The position numbers and the translations under genes are program-made. The notes beneath the pieces were generated by a model, which did no database searches, was not told where the DNA came from, and saw only the letters and a list, made by a program, of their open reading frames with translations. 64,000 nt of DNA from Sedimentisphaerales bacterium (lineage in GTDB: Bacteria > Planctomycetota > Phycisphaerae > Sedimentisphaerales > SM23-30): the NCBI GenBank assembly GCA_963663805.2, contig CAXXMR010000012.1, positions 288,001-352,000 of the forward strand, in the 5' to 3' direction. Positions 1-10,130 of this stretch are shown in pieces; positions within the stretch are counted from its first letter, which is position 1, and the number at the start of each line of letters is the position of its first letter.

Positions 1-46
1 TCAGGGTCTTGAGATAGCTTTTTAATAAAACCATTGGATCTTTCAT
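1..46 (-). CDS. istB: IS21 helper ATPase IstB, 5' end only (runs off the window)
   Basis: ATG at 46-44 overlaps the istA stop (ATGA); reads MKDPMVLLKSYLKTL..., the usual istA-istB coupling. Confidence 0.75.
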   Translation of the reverse strand, partial: MKDPMVLLKSYLKTL

Positions 47-1530
47 GCTACCTCCCCGGCCAACTGGTTATAAACATCGAGATTGCGTTTGCCATCGCCT
101 TGGTTTACCAGGACTTGATTGCCGGCAAGGTTCAATTGTGAGCCGTTACGTAAAAAGCTTTCCACCGCTTCATCGCTGAACGCCCGGCACTTGACACAAA
201 CACCAACGGCATGTTCAACTTCTTTTTGCGGATGCCTGATAAAGAGCAGCAGGATGTTGATGTATTTACCGGGCCCTTCACTGCCGTATCGATATTCAAG
301 CTCTGTTCGCATCAAGGTGAAATCTTCGCCCCAGGGCTGGCCCTTGAATGGCCGAGCATTATCCAGCGAACCGGGCTTACGCTCTAAAAGTTTGATATAA
401 TGCAGCGGATCCAGGATATACTGGTCTTTATCGTAACATCTGGAATGCGAGGCAACCAGCTCATTTTTATAGAACAGGTCAACCCGGTCAACGAATACCT
501 TGACCTGGCAAGATTGATAGGCATACTCCGTCGGCACCCAATACCGGTTAGTATCAACCCGTACTGTAAGCTGTTTGTCCGCAAAGGTGGATATTCGACG
601 ACAGGCTTCAAACTTCTGCTCAGGCAGTTCGTATAAATGTGTTTTCTCTTCCGCAAATAAATCGCCAATGGTTTTATTCGTATGAGGTGCAGGGCCCTGG
701 CGATCCAGTTCTTTGATACACTGAGCAATCAGCATCTCATTCAGCTGAGCCATATCGGTAACTCTCGGAACCGGAGAGAAGAACTGCCTTTCACTTCGCT
801 TGGCGAGATTCTCGACATCGCCTTTTTCATTACCTTTAGCGACATTGCAAAAACGAGTGTCAAACAAATACCAACTCTTAAGCTCTACGAATTTGCGGTT
901 GAGCCGACGCTTGCCTTTTTTGAGAACCTTTAGAACCGCAGTTTTTAAATTGTCGTAAGCAATGCGTTTGGGCACGCCGCCGAAATATTCAAACGCCCGG
1001 ACATGGCCGTCAAGAAAACATTCGATCTTCATGCTCTCGTAAGCACAAACAAAAGGAGCCTTAGAACAGCACAGCTTCATGCAAAAAACGTAGACCTTCT
1101 TCTCCCTGCCGTTTTCTTTAATGTTAGCTTCATGCCAGTCAACCTGGGCTTCTTCGCCAAACTCAAACGCTAACGGCAGGTAAGCTTCTTTTTGGCGATT
1201 ACTCGCTTCCTTGATATACCGCTGGACAGTGCTGTAATGACCGGTGAAACCATACTCGTCACAAAGCCGCTGATACATTTTGGTCGCCTGCATCCGCTGC
1301 TTACGCCGAACCTTTTTGTCAGATTCCAGCCAGGTGTCAATAATGTGCGCGAAGGGATCCATGACAGCCTTGACCCGCGGCTGACTGAGCCGATAGCCCG
1401 GCGGAATCGGATTTTTCAGGGCCTTGGCCACCGTGTTACGCGAATGCCCCAGCTCCAGGGCAACCTCACGTTGCGATATCCCATCACGAACTTTACGTCT
1501 GATAATCTCATAATGCTCCACTGTAAGCAC
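43..1530 (-). CDS. istA: IS21-family transposase IstA
   Basis: N-terminal HTH (SQREVALELGHSRNTVAK), QVDW, YDNLKTAV and KGDVEN DDE motifs; 495 aa. Confidence 0.95.
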   Translation of the reverse strand: MLTVEHYEIIRRKVRDGISQREVALELGHSRNTVAKALKNPIPPGYRLSQPRVKAVMDPFAHIIDTWLESDKKVRRKQRMQATKMYQRLCDEYGFTGHYSTVQRYIKEASNRQKEAYLPLAFEFGEEAQVDWHEANIKENGREKKVYVFCMKLCCSKAPFVCAYESMKIECFLDGHVRAFEYFGGVPKRIAYDNLKTAVLKVLKKGKRRLNRKFVELKSWYLFDTRFCNVAKGNEKGDVENLAKRSERQFFSPVPRVTDMAQLNEMLIAQCIKELDRQGPAPHTNKTIGDLFAEEKTHLYELPEQKFEACRRISTFADKQLTVRVDTNRYWVPTEYAYQSCQVKVFVDRVDLFYKNELVASHSRCYDKDQYILDPLHYIKLLERKPGSLDNARPFKGQPWGEDFTLMRTELEYRYGSEGPGKYINILLLFIRHPQKEVEHAVGVCVKCRAFSDEAVESFLRNGSQLNLAGNQVLVNQGDGKRNLDVYNQLAGEVA

Positions 1531-1981
1531 CTTTCTAAGCCTCCTGTGTCTAAAATGTTACGTATCTTAAACACATCTTATCGGCCTTTTACAGTGGCTC
1601 CTTTTTCGATGCTTTTTCAGAAGAGAAAACCCGCAAATCTGGCTCCATTTTCAATGCTAATCACCACCGAAATCGCAGCTTCACCGACCCGGTCAGAAAC
1701 GCGCCGCTTAAAGAATAGCATTTATGATGGAGTATTGGCTGCGCTGATTATCCGGCCGGGCCTTTCCGGGACGGTTTACCGTCCGGCAAAAGAGGCTGGC
1801 TCCGGGTTCGCGGCGCTGTTATAATGACCGACTGAGCAGGTTAGTCTGGTAAATGGCAATTTGGCGTTTAAATCCGTGACAATCCGCGTAAGCCGCGGTT
1901 AAGTATCTCGATTGTCATTGTTTGCGGTTCAGGATTTAAGGCCGGTAATTTCCAGTTTGTCTGGTTTAGGAGTGTGCGGCG

Positions 1982-3493
1982 ATGATTCGGAGATGGCTTG
2001 ATTTTCTGAGCAGGGATTTATGGCGGATTCGGCTGCATGGTCGGCCGTGGATGGTCAGCTTCTGGCTCAATCAGTTGCGAATCGTAGTGCTGGCGTTTCG
2101 GGGCTTCTCTCAGGATAAGTGCCGGCTGCGGGCCTCGGCGCTGACGCTCTATCTGCTGATGTCGCTGGTGCCGATGGTCGCGGTGATATTCGGGGTGGCC
2201 CGCGGGTTCGGCATCGAAAAGGAAGTTGAAAAACGCGTCATGGCTTCGTTCAAAGGCGAGGTCCAGGTGTCGGCCTTTGCCACGGAGTTCAATATGACTG
2301 AGCCTGCCGATCCGGCCGCTGAGAGTTCACCGGAGAAAAACCAAACGCCGGATAATTCCGCCGCGCCCAATACCGCGGTTGATACCGCCCCTGCCCTTAA
2401 TGTTGAAGATACCGAAGAATCCGCAGAACTGATAACTCAGCGAACCGCTAATGAACAAATTGCTATTCGAGTGATTAAGTTTGCCAATTCCCTGCTGGAT
2501 AATACCAGCGGTGGGCTGATTGCCGGACTGGGTGTCGCGGTGCTGTTTTTGACGATTATCAAGATGCTCAGTAATATCGAGGATGCGTTCAATAATATCT
2601 GGGGCATCAAAAAAAGCCGCACGCTGGCCCGCAAGTTCAGCGACTATCTGGCCGTGATTCTGGTCTGCCCGATCTTTCTGGTTGTCTCCGGCAGTCTTAC
2701 CGTTTTTATTAATACCCAGGCGGGCAATGCTCTGGAGCGGTTTGATTATTTGCAGAGTTTTGGTCCAGCGCTGCACTGGCTGATTGGCATGTCCCCGTAT
2801 TGCATCCTCTGGATAATTTTCGCGTTCATCTATTTGTTCATCCCCAATACCAAAGTGCGGCCGGGCTCGGCACTACTGGCGGGCGTGGTCGCCGGGACCA
2901 TGTTCCAGCTGGCTCAGTGGGCTTATGTCACTTTTCAGGTGGGCGTGGCGAAGTACAATGCCATTTACGGCAGTTTCGCGGCGATCCCGCTGTTTCTGAT
3001 GTGGCTGCAATTCAGCTGGCTGATAGTACTGTTCGGGGCGGAGCTGGCGTTTGCTCATCAGAACGTCGAAACCTATGAGTTCGAGCCGGACTGTCTGGAA
3101 CTGAGCAATTCCTTTAAGAGCCTGCTCGCGCTGTTGGTGCTGACCCGTATGGTCAAACGTTTCTGCGTCGGCAATACGCCCTGGCCCGCCGGTGAGATCG
3201 CTCACGAACTGGAATTGCCGATACGGCTCGTGCGGCAGATTCTCTTTGAACTCAACGACGCCGACCTCATCAGCGAAGTGCGGCTGGAAGATGATCGTAT
3301 CCCGGCCTTTCAGCCCGCCCGTGACGCCGAGACTTTGTCTGTGCAATATGTACTGGATGAACTCGGCAAACGCGGCAGCGCAACCCTGCCGGTGGTAGAA
3401 TGTGATAATATCAAACATCTGCGCCAGTGCCTCGACCATTTCGCCGTTGCGACCAGAGATTGCCCCGGCAACCTCTTACTGAAAAACATTTAG
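1982..3493 (+). CDS. YihY/BrkB-family inner membrane protein with C-terminal winged HTH
   Basis: LRASALT, FNNIWG, RKFSDY and YNAIYGSFAAIPLFLMWL motifs; C-terminal EIAHELELPIRLVRQIL helix-turn-helix. Confidence 0.88.
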   Translation: MIRRWLDFLSRDLWRIRLHGRPWMVSFWLNQLRIVVLAFRGFSQDKCRLRASALTLYLLMSLVPMVAVIFGVARGFGIEKEVEKRVMASFKGEVQVSAFATEFNMTEPADPAAESSPEKNQTPDNSAAPNTAVDTAPALNVEDTEESAELITQRTANEQIAIRVIKFANSLLDNTSGGLIAGLGVAVLFLTIIKMLSNIEDAFNNIWGIKKSRTLARKFSDYLAVILVCPIFLVVSGSLTVFINTQAGNALERFDYLQSFGPALHWLIGMSPYCILWIIFAFIYLFIPNTKVRPGSALLAGVVAGTMFQLAQWAYVTFQVGVAKYNAIYGSFAAIPLFLMWLQFSWLIVLFGAELAFAHQNVETYEFEPDCLELSNSFKSLLALLVLTRMVKRFCVGNTPWPAGEIAHELELPIRLVRQILFELNDADLISEVRLEDDRIPAFQPARDAETLSVQYVLDELGKRGSATLPVVECDNIKHLRQCLDHFAVATRDCPGNLLLKNI

Positions 3494-3543
3494 AAGGGCG
3501 GCAACTCTCTTTTTCTATCGTTAAGCCTGTGAAAGTAATATAA

Positions 3544-4386
3544 ATGTCAGCTCTAAAACTTATTCACGCCCGCGGAACATTGGATTTATCCCGCCCGGTC
3601 CTCATGGGAATCCTTAACATCACTCCCGATTCATTTAGCGACGGCGGAAACTTCTTTGATGTGGATAAAGCCGTCGCCCACGGCCTGGAAATGGCCGAAC
3701 AGGGAGCGGCGATAATCGATGTCGGCGGCGAATCAACCCGCCCCGGCTCAGAGCCCGTCCCCGCCCAAGAACAGATAAAACGAACCGCCCCGGTAATCGA
3801 AAAACTCAGTGCCCAGATAAACATTCCTATAAGCATAGACACAACCTTAAGCCCCGTCGCCCAGGCCGCCCTTGATGCCGGTGCCGCTATCGTTAACGAC
3901 ATCGCCGCCCTGCGCAGTGATGACAGTCTGCCGGAAATTATCACCCGCTATAACGCCGGCGTAATCCTGATGCACATGCAGGGCACGCCGCGCGATATGC
4001 AGAAGAACCCAACGTATAAAGATGTCGTCCGCGAGATAAAAATCTTCCTGCAGGAGAGAATAAACTTCGCCCGCTCACGCGGCATCGCCAGAGACCACAT
4101 TGCCATAGACCCCGGCATAGGTTTCGGCAAAACCCTCGAGCACAACCTCGAAATCTTACGAAGGCTCTCCGAGTTTCACGAATTAGAAGTCCCCGTACTA
4201 ATCGGCGCTTCCCGCAAAAGATTCATCGCGGCGGTTCTCGATATAGAACAACCCAACCAACGCATCTGGGGCGACGCAGCCGTAACCGCCTGGTGCGCCG
4301 GAGCAACCGTCCACATTATTCGCGTTCACGATGTAAAAGAAATGGTCCAGATTGTTAAAATGGTCCGGGCTATTAGAAGTCAATAG
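3544..4386 (+). CDS. folP: Dihydropteroate synthase
   Basis: MGILNITPDSFSDGG, IDVGGESTRPG, DPGIGFGK, SRKRF and RVHDV motifs. Confidence 0.97.
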   Translation: MSALKLIHARGTLDLSRPVLMGILNITPDSFSDGGNFFDVDKAVAHGLEMAEQGAAIIDVGGESTRPGSEPVPAQEQIKRTAPVIEKLSAQINIPISIDTTLSPVAQAALDAGAAIVNDIAALRSDDSLPEIITRYNAGVILMHMQGTPRDMQKNPTYKDVVREIKIFLQERINFARSRGIARDHIAIDPGIGFGKTLEHNLEILRRLSEFHELEVPVLIGASRKRFIAAVLDIEQPNQRIWGDAAVTAWCAGATVHIIRVHDVKEMVQIVKMVRAIRSQ

Positions 4387-4600
4387 AATCCAGTTTTGCG
4401 AGAAGGGCTGGATATTTATCTTTCAAATCATCTGAAATTCCCCGCGCAGCCTCACCAATTATTTCTAATAGCTTTGTTAGCGACAATTCCAATTGGCGGT
4501 CGGTGTCTAAATCTTTTCGCTCGCGAGATTTTGCAAAAACGATAGCTTCCTGAGCGGCTTCGATAATATGTTTAATTCGCGTCTGGTCATCTATGAACAT
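4373..4600 (-). pseudogene. DUF86/HepT-like HEPN toxin, C-terminally truncated
   Basis: Typical N-half (LEIIGEAA...DLKDKYP) but stops at 75 aa without the RX4-6H active-site motif; 3' end overlaps folP. Confidence 0.7.
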
Positions 4601-4892
4601 ATCGCAACTCTGCCTGATTTAATACTTGGGGGCGAATATGTCGGCTGATATCTTCTGGAGTTTTCAAGTCTATTTTCCTGCCGCCGAAAATCCCGGATAA
4701 TTTCTGCTCCAATTCGTAGAGTTTGAAGAAACCTGGGATAAAATCAGCCGCGAATTCTACTAAAATATCTACGTCGCTTTGTGGGGTAAAATCATCGCGC
4801 ACCGCTGAACCGAAAATGGCAAGGCTATTAATGTGATAGCACTCACAAAACCGCTGAAGTTCTTCCGATGAATATGATAATTGACTGTTCAT
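4587..4892 (-). CDS. Minimal nucleotidyltransferase (MNT/MntA-like antitoxin)
   Basis: FGSAVRDDFTPQSDVDILVEF (GS-X10-DXD) motif; about 100 aa; overlaps the downstream HEPN gene. Confidence 0.9.
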   Translation of the reverse strand: MNSQLSYSSEELQRFCECYHINSLAIFGSAVRDDFTPQSDVDILVEFAADFIPGFFKLYELEQKLSGIFGGRKIDLKTPEDISRHIRPQVLNQAELRYVHR

Positions 4893-4926
4893 AAATTTTT
4901 ATTATAGCGGTTTGGAGCTTTTTGTC

Positions 4927-4965
4927 AAAAAAAAGCCCCCGCACCGTTGGGGCACGAGGGCTTTT
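4927..4965 (-). terminator. Rho-independent terminator of ppdK
   Basis: AAAAGCCC...GGGCTTTT hairpin with an A8 tract (U tract on the minus strand) just past the ppdK stop. Confidence 0.7.
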
Positions 4966-4989
4966 GTCATTTATATATCCGGGAAACCC

Positions 4990-7707
4990 TTATTTTTTCT
5001 TGGCTTCCAGAACCGCCTGGGCTGCTGCCAGACGAGCGATTGGTACGCGGAACGGTGAGCATGAAACGTAGTTCATGCCGGCGCGGTAGCAGAACGCCAC
5101 ACTGCTGGGTTCGCCGCCGTGCTCGCCGCAGATACCGACTTTGAGCTTGGGATTAGTCGAGCGGCCGAGCTGGATACCAATTTCGACCAGCTTGCCGATA
5201 CCATTCTGGTCGAGGACCTGGAACGGGTCGGCCTCGTAAATGCCCAGCTTGACATATTCGCCCAGGAACTTGCCAGCATCATCGCGGCTGAAGCCCATAC
5301 CCATCTGGGTAAGGTCGTTGGTGCCGAAGCTGAAGAATTCCGCTTCGTGAGCGATTTCGTCAGCGGTCAGAGCCGCACGCGGCACTTCAATCATGGTGCC
5401 GACCATATATTTAACCTTGGCCTTCTTTTCCTTGAAGACCTTTTCGATTTCGTCAATAACGTACTGCTTGACGAAAGCCAGCTCTTCAACAGTGCCTACC
5501 AGCGGAATCATGATTTCGGGCAGGACCTGTTTCTTTTTCTTGCTGACAATAAGGGCAGCTTCGATTATAGCACGGGCCTGCATTTGGGCGATTTCCGGGT
5601 AGGAAATCGACAGACGGCAGCCGCGGTGACCGAGCATGGGGTTGAACTCATGCAGGTCTTCGACCTTGGCCTTGACAACCGCCGGGGTAACCTTCAGACG
5701 TTTGGCCATTTCCTTCTGGCTGGCATCATCCTGAGGCAGGAACTCATGCAGTGGCGGATCCAGCAGACGAATCGTAACCGGCAGGCCCGCCATCGCCGTG
5801 AAAATACCCACAAAATCTTTACGCTGATAAGGTAGCAGGGTCTTCAGGGCATTCTGGAAATCCTTGATCGCCGGGGCGTATTCCTTATTGAGGGCCGTGA
5901 TTTCTTTCTTGTCTTCGGTTTCTTCCAGTTGGGCTTTGTATTCAGCGTACTTGTCGGCAGCCAGAATCATCTGACGCACAGCCCAGATACGGTCACCTTC
6001 GAAGAACATGTGTTCGGTACGGCACAGGCCGATACCTTCGGCACCGAATTCACGGGCACGTTTGGCGTCTTCGGGGGTGTCGGCATTGGTGCGAACACCT
6101 ATGGTGCGAACTTTATCGACGAAGGTCATGAATTTGCCGAAATCGCCGCTTAGTTTGGGGGTTTCGGTGGGCAACTGTCCTTTGAGGACTTCGCCCTTGG
6201 TGCCATCGAGACTAATCCAGTCACCTTCTTTGACGGTGGTGCTGCCAATTTTCATAACTTTCTTAGCATAGTTGATTTCGCAGTCGCCGGCACCGGCTAC
6301 ACAGCAGCGTCCCATACCACGGGCAACTACCGCGGCGTGGCTGGTCATACCGCCACGCTGAGTCAGGATACCCTTGGCGGCGTCCATACCGCCGATATCT
6401 TCGGGGCTGGTCTCGATGCGGCAGAGGATGACGATTTTACCCTGGTCACGCCATTTTTCAGCGGTGGCGGCATCAAAGACGACCTGGCCGACAGCGGCAC
6501 CGGGCGAAGCGGGCAGGCCCTTGGCCAGCACTTCACGTTTGGCACCGGGCTTGAAGGATGGGTGCAGCAGCATGTCAACCTGTTCGGGGGTGACGCGGCT
6601 GACAGCTTCGACAGCGGTAATCATTTTTTCCTGGACCATATCGACAGCGATTTTCACCGCGGCAGCGGCGGTACGTTTGCCGGAACGGGTCTGGAGGCAG
6701 TAGAATTTACCCTGCTGAATGGTGAATTCCATATCCTGCATATCCTTATAATGCTTTTCCAGGCGGGTCATCAGGGCGGTCAGCTCTTTGTAGCTGCGGG
6801 CATCCTTTTTGGCCAGCTGTTTCAGCGGCATGGGGGTACGGATACCTGCCACAACGTCTTCGCCTTGAGCATTCATCAAGAACTCGCCGTAGAATTCTTT
6901 CGTACCGGTACTGGGGTTACGGGTGAAGCACACGCCGGTGCCGCAGTCGTCGCCCATATTACCAAATACCATGGCCTGTACGTTTACAGCGGTGCCGAAA
7001 AGACCTTTGATGTTGTTCAGTTCGCGATATTTAATCGCGCGTTCTACGTTCCAGGAGGCGAACACGGCATTGACAGCCAGCTCAAGCTGCTGGGCCGGGT
7101 CTTCCGGGAAACTCTTGCCGATGTGTTTTTTGTAGACAGCTTTGTAGTTGTTTACCAGTACTTCCAACTGTTCAGCCGAAAGTTCATTGTCGTTCTTGAC
7201 GCCGACTTTTTTCTTCAGGCTGTCGAGTTCATGCTCGAAATACTCGTGATGGCAGCCCATAACCACGTCGCCGAACATATCGATGAAGCGGCGGTAGGAG
7301 TCATAAGCAAAACGGGCATTACCAGTTTTTTCGATAATACCGGCAATAACTTTGTCGTTCAGTCCGAGGTTCAATACGGTATCCATCATACCGGGCATGG
7401 AGACCGCGGCACCACTGCGAACCGAGACCAGCAGAGGATTGGCGGGGTCGCCGAGTTTGGCGCCCAGGGATTTTTCAACCTTGGCGACATTGTCCATTAC
7501 CTGTTTTTTCAGGCCTGTGGGCCATTTCTTGCCGGCTTTGTAATATTCGGCACAGGTATCAGTTGTGATGGTAAAGCCCGGAGGTACCGGAACGCCCAAG
7601 TTGGTCATCTCGGCCAGGTTGGCGCCTTTACCGCCCAGCAGGGCTTTCATCGTTGCTTTGCCTTCGGCCTTCTTGTTACCGAAGAAATATACCATTTTCT
7701 TGCTCAT
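4990..7707 (-). CDS. ppdK: Pyruvate, phosphate dikinase
   Basis: LLGGKGANLAEM, GGMTSHAAVVARG (phospho-His), GLCRTEHMF, FSFGTNDLTQ and GICGEHGG motifs; 905 aa. Confidence 0.98.
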   Translation of the reverse strand: MSKKMVYFFGNKKAEGKATMKALLGGKGANLAEMTNLGVPVPPGFTITTDTCAEYYKAGKKWPTGLKKQVMDNVAKVEKSLGAKLGDPANPLLVSVRSGAAVSMPGMMDTVLNLGLNDKVIAGIIEKTGNARFAYDSYRRFIDMFGDVVMGCHHEYFEHELDSLKKKVGVKNDNELSAEQLEVLVNNYKAVYKKHIGKSFPEDPAQQLELAVNAVFASWNVERAIKYRELNNIKGLFGTAVNVQAMVFGNMGDDCGTGVCFTRNPSTGTKEFYGEFLMNAQGEDVVAGIRTPMPLKQLAKKDARSYKELTALMTRLEKHYKDMQDMEFTIQQGKFYCLQTRSGKRTAAAAVKIAVDMVQEKMITAVEAVSRVTPEQVDMLLHPSFKPGAKREVLAKGLPASPGAAVGQVVFDAATAEKWRDQGKIVILCRIETSPEDIGGMDAAKGILTQRGGMTSHAAVVARGMGRCCVAGAGDCEINYAKKVMKIGSTTVKEGDWISLDGTKGEVLKGQLPTETPKLSGDFGKFMTFVDKVRTIGVRTNADTPEDAKRAREFGAEGIGLCRTEHMFFEGDRIWAVRQMILAADKYAEYKAQLEETEDKKEITALNKEYAPAIKDFQNALKTLLPYQRKDFVGIFTAMAGLPVTIRLLDPPLHEFLPQDDASQKEMAKRLKVTPAVVKAKVEDLHEFNPMLGHRGCRLSISYPEIAQMQARAIIEAALIVSKKKKQVLPEIMIPLVGTVEELAFVKQYVIDEIEKVFKEKKAKVKYMVGTMIEVPRAALTADEIAHEAEFFSFGTNDLTQMGMGFSRDDAGKFLGEYVKLGIYEADPFQVLDQNGIGKLVEIGIQLGRSTNPKLKVGICGEHGGEPSSVAFCYRAGMNYVSCSPFRVPIARLAAAQAVLEAKKK

Positions 7708-7826
7708 TGCGTTGACTCCTAATTCAAAGTCGTATACTAGTATCCATTCTCAATTAGAGAGAATGCTTCATCCAACATCGGATTACTCACATCCCCAAAA
7801 TACCCAAAAACATTATACACCGTGGC

Positions 7827-7855
7827 AATTTATGAAGAACAGAGCCCCCTGTCAA
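7827..7855 (-). promoter_or_regulatory. Candidate sigma70 promoter of ppdK
   Basis: Minus strand TTGACA-N17-TAAATT. Confidence 0.5.
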
Positions 7856-8165
7856 CGCAAAACCTTATTATTAACATTGTTAATAACGTCACGAGATATA
7901 ATTCCCGTTCTCATTTTGTATGTGCCGAACTGTTTTGAGGTCTTATATCCAACCTCGCTATCGGACCGTTCGGAGATTTCAAAGGCTTTTTTGGGAGGTC
8001 CCACAACTCGTCAGGTCGATGATGCAATTTGGACCCGCCGAAATACTTCTTGCCACAGCCGCGGTATTGCCTAAAATAACAGGTCTAACTGGTGGGGCGG
8101 AAATGGGTTTCCGCCTGGCTGCGAAACCCGCGATAGGGCCTGATGGGCAGTTGAGGGCTTAGGTA

Positions 8166-8966
8166 ATGTTGGCCAAAAGAATTATTCCTTGTCTGGACGT
8201 TGACAAAGGCCGGGTGGTCAAAGGCGTGAAGTTTTTTGACCATGTCGATGCCGGCAGTGTCGCCCAGTGCGCTCAACGCTACGAACAGCAGGGGTCCGAC
8301 GAGCTGGTTTTTTATGATATTACCGCCAGCCACGAAGCCCGAGAACTAACCTTGGATGTCCTGCGGGACGCCTCGGAAAGGGTCTTTATGCCCCTGACGG
8401 TAGGGGGGGGAGTCCGCACTCTCGATGATATTAGAGTAATGCTAAATACTGGTGCTGACAAGGTTAGCATCAATTCTGCCGCGGTTCTGGACCAGAATCT
8501 CATCCTTGAGGCAGCCCTGCGTTTCGGCAGCCAGTGCATCGTTTTAGCCATCGATGCCAATCGAGTAATGAAGGACGGGCGGGAAATTTGGGAAGTCTAC
8601 ATTAACGGTGGCAGAAAGCCCACCGGAATTAAGGTGATGGACTGGGTCAGGAAAGGCCTCAACGACGGAGCCGGCGAAATCGTGCTTAATGTCATGAACG
8701 CCGACGGCACCAAGGCGGGTTACGACCTGGAAATGACCTCGGCGGTTGCCGACGCGGTGAATATCCCGGTGGTTGCCAGCGGTGGGGCCGGGACTCTGGA
8801 GGATACTTACGAAGTATTGACCACCGGCCGGGCAGATGCGGCGTTGGCGGCTAGTATTTTTCATTTTGGCGAGTATACTGTCGCACAGGTGAAAGAATAC
8901 CTGCATAATAAAGGTATAAATGTCCGCCTGGACAAACAGGAACCGGGACCGGCCCGGTCCGCTTAG
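8166..8966 (+). CDS. hisF: Imidazole glycerol phosphate synthase cyclase subunit
   Basis: [44 protein letters not shown] and LAASIFH motifs. Confidence 0.97.
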   Translation: MLAKRIIPCLDVDKGRVVKGVKFFDHVDAGSVAQCAQRYEQQGSDELVFYDITASHEARELTLDVLRDASERVFMPLTVGGGVRTLDDIRVMLNTGADKVSINSAAVLDQNLILEAALRFGSQCIVLAIDANRVMKDGREIWEVYINGGRKPTGIKVMDWVRKGLNDGAGEIVLNVMNADGTKAGYDLEMTSAVADAVNIPVVASGGAGTLEDTYEVLTTGRADAALAASIFHFGEYTVAQVKEYLHNKGINVRLDKQEPGPARSA

Positions 8967-8986
8967 GATTCCAAGGGAGTTGTATT

Positions 8987-10120
8987 TTGGATAACCAGCC
9001 TATTAGCAAAGAGTTAGCCCGGGATAAAGAGCCGGAAATCAATAAGTATTTCAAGGCCGTCATCAAAATGCAGGGTTCGGACCTGCATCTCAAGGGAGAT
9101 GCCATCCCGCGGATGAGGATGAGCGGCACCCTGCGTCAGATGACCACCCCGCTGATTCTTGAAAAAGACCTCGAACGAATGATTTTCGAGATTCTCAGCG
9201 CTGAACAGCGCGAGTTTTTCCTGGCCCACGGTGCCCTGGACTTCGCCTATGACATGGGCGGCACGGACCGGTTCCGTACCAACATATTCCGGCAGCGGGG
9301 CAAATGTGCTTTGGTTGGCCGGCGTGTTAGCAGCAGTGTACCGAAGTTTGAGACTCTGCATCTGCCTCCCATGGTTCTCAAAATCGCCGAAAGCCATCAG
9401 GGGCTTATTCTGGTAACCGGAGTTACCGGTTCCGGAAAGAGTACCACCATCGCTTCGATGCTGGATTATATTAACCGCAATCGCTCCTGCCATATCGTGA
9501 CAGTCGAAGACCCTATCGAATTTATATACACTGATGACAAAGCCATCATCAGTCAGCGCGAAATCGGTATTGACGTGCCTAGCTTCGATGAGGCTCTTCG
9601 TTCTCTGATGCGTGAAGACCCCGATGTGGTGCTGGTCGGTGAGATTCGTGATTTTATCACCCTCAACGCCAGTCTCAAAGCTGCCGAAACCGGCCACATG
9701 GTATTCGGCACCCTGCACAGTACCGATGCCTACCAGACCATTGCGCGGGTACTGGACCTTACCCCGGAAGTTGAACGTCATATGGTGCGTCAGGCGATTG
9801 TGGGTAACCTTTACGCTATTGTTTCCCAGAGGCTGCTGCCTACTATCCGCAAGGATATTCCCCGTATCCCGGCAGTAGAAATTCTGCTGGCTAATCCGGT
9901 TATCAAAAAACTCATCGCTGAGGAACGCGAGGTAGATTTGCCCACCGTTATCAAGTCATCCTATGGCGAAGGCATGGTCGATTATACCGAATCTCTTCGG
10001 CTGCTGGTTGAACAGGAATTTATCGACCTTCGTATTGCTTATAATTTCGCACCCAAGCCGGAAGAACTCAAGATGGCCCTGAAGGGCATACGTTCCAGCG
10101 GCGGCGGTCTTATCGGATAA
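8987..10120 (+). CDS. pilT: PilT/PilU-family type IV pilus retraction ATPase
   Basis: Walker A GVTGSGKST, TVEDPIE, Walker B DPDVVLVGEIRD, His box ETGHMVFGTLH. Confidence 0.9.
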   Translation: MDNQPISKELARDKEPEINKYFKAVIKMQGSDLHLKGDAIPRMRMSGTLRQMTTPLILEKDLERMIFEILSAEQREFFLAHGALDFAYDMGGTDRFRTNIFRQRGKCALVGRRVSSSVPKFETLHLPPMVLKIAESHQGLILVTGVTGSGKSTTIASMLDYINRNRSCHIVTVEDPIEFIYTDDKAIISQREIGIDVPSFDEALRSLMREDPDVVLVGEIRDFITLNASLKAAETGHMVFGTLHSTDAYQTIARVLDLTPEVERHMVRQAIVGNLYAIVSQRLLPTIRKDIPRIPAVEILLANPVIKKLIAEEREVDLPTVIKSSYGEGMVDYTESLRLLVEQEFIDLRIAYNFAPKPEELKMALKGIRSSGGGLIG

Positions 10121-10130
10121 TCATTATATC

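Larger units (their letters stand above)
1..1666 (-). mobile_element. IS21-family insertion sequence (left end to istB start; partial)
   Basis: istA/istB plus subterminal direct repeats TGGCTCCTTTTTCGATGCT (1595-1613) and TGGCTCCATTTTCAATGCT (1640-1658), 17/19 identical; ends in ...TCACCA (TG on the minus strand) at about 1666. Confidence 0.85.

Noticed and set aside
1192..1824. 210-aa ORF spanning the IS21 end
   Set aside because: Antisense to istA and crosses the element boundary; no motifs.
6337..7722. 461-aa ORF antisense to ppdK, and similar shadow ORFs opposite alaS, katA and in the skewed regions
   Set aside because: Antisense or alternative-frame by-products of codon bias, with no recognisable motifs.
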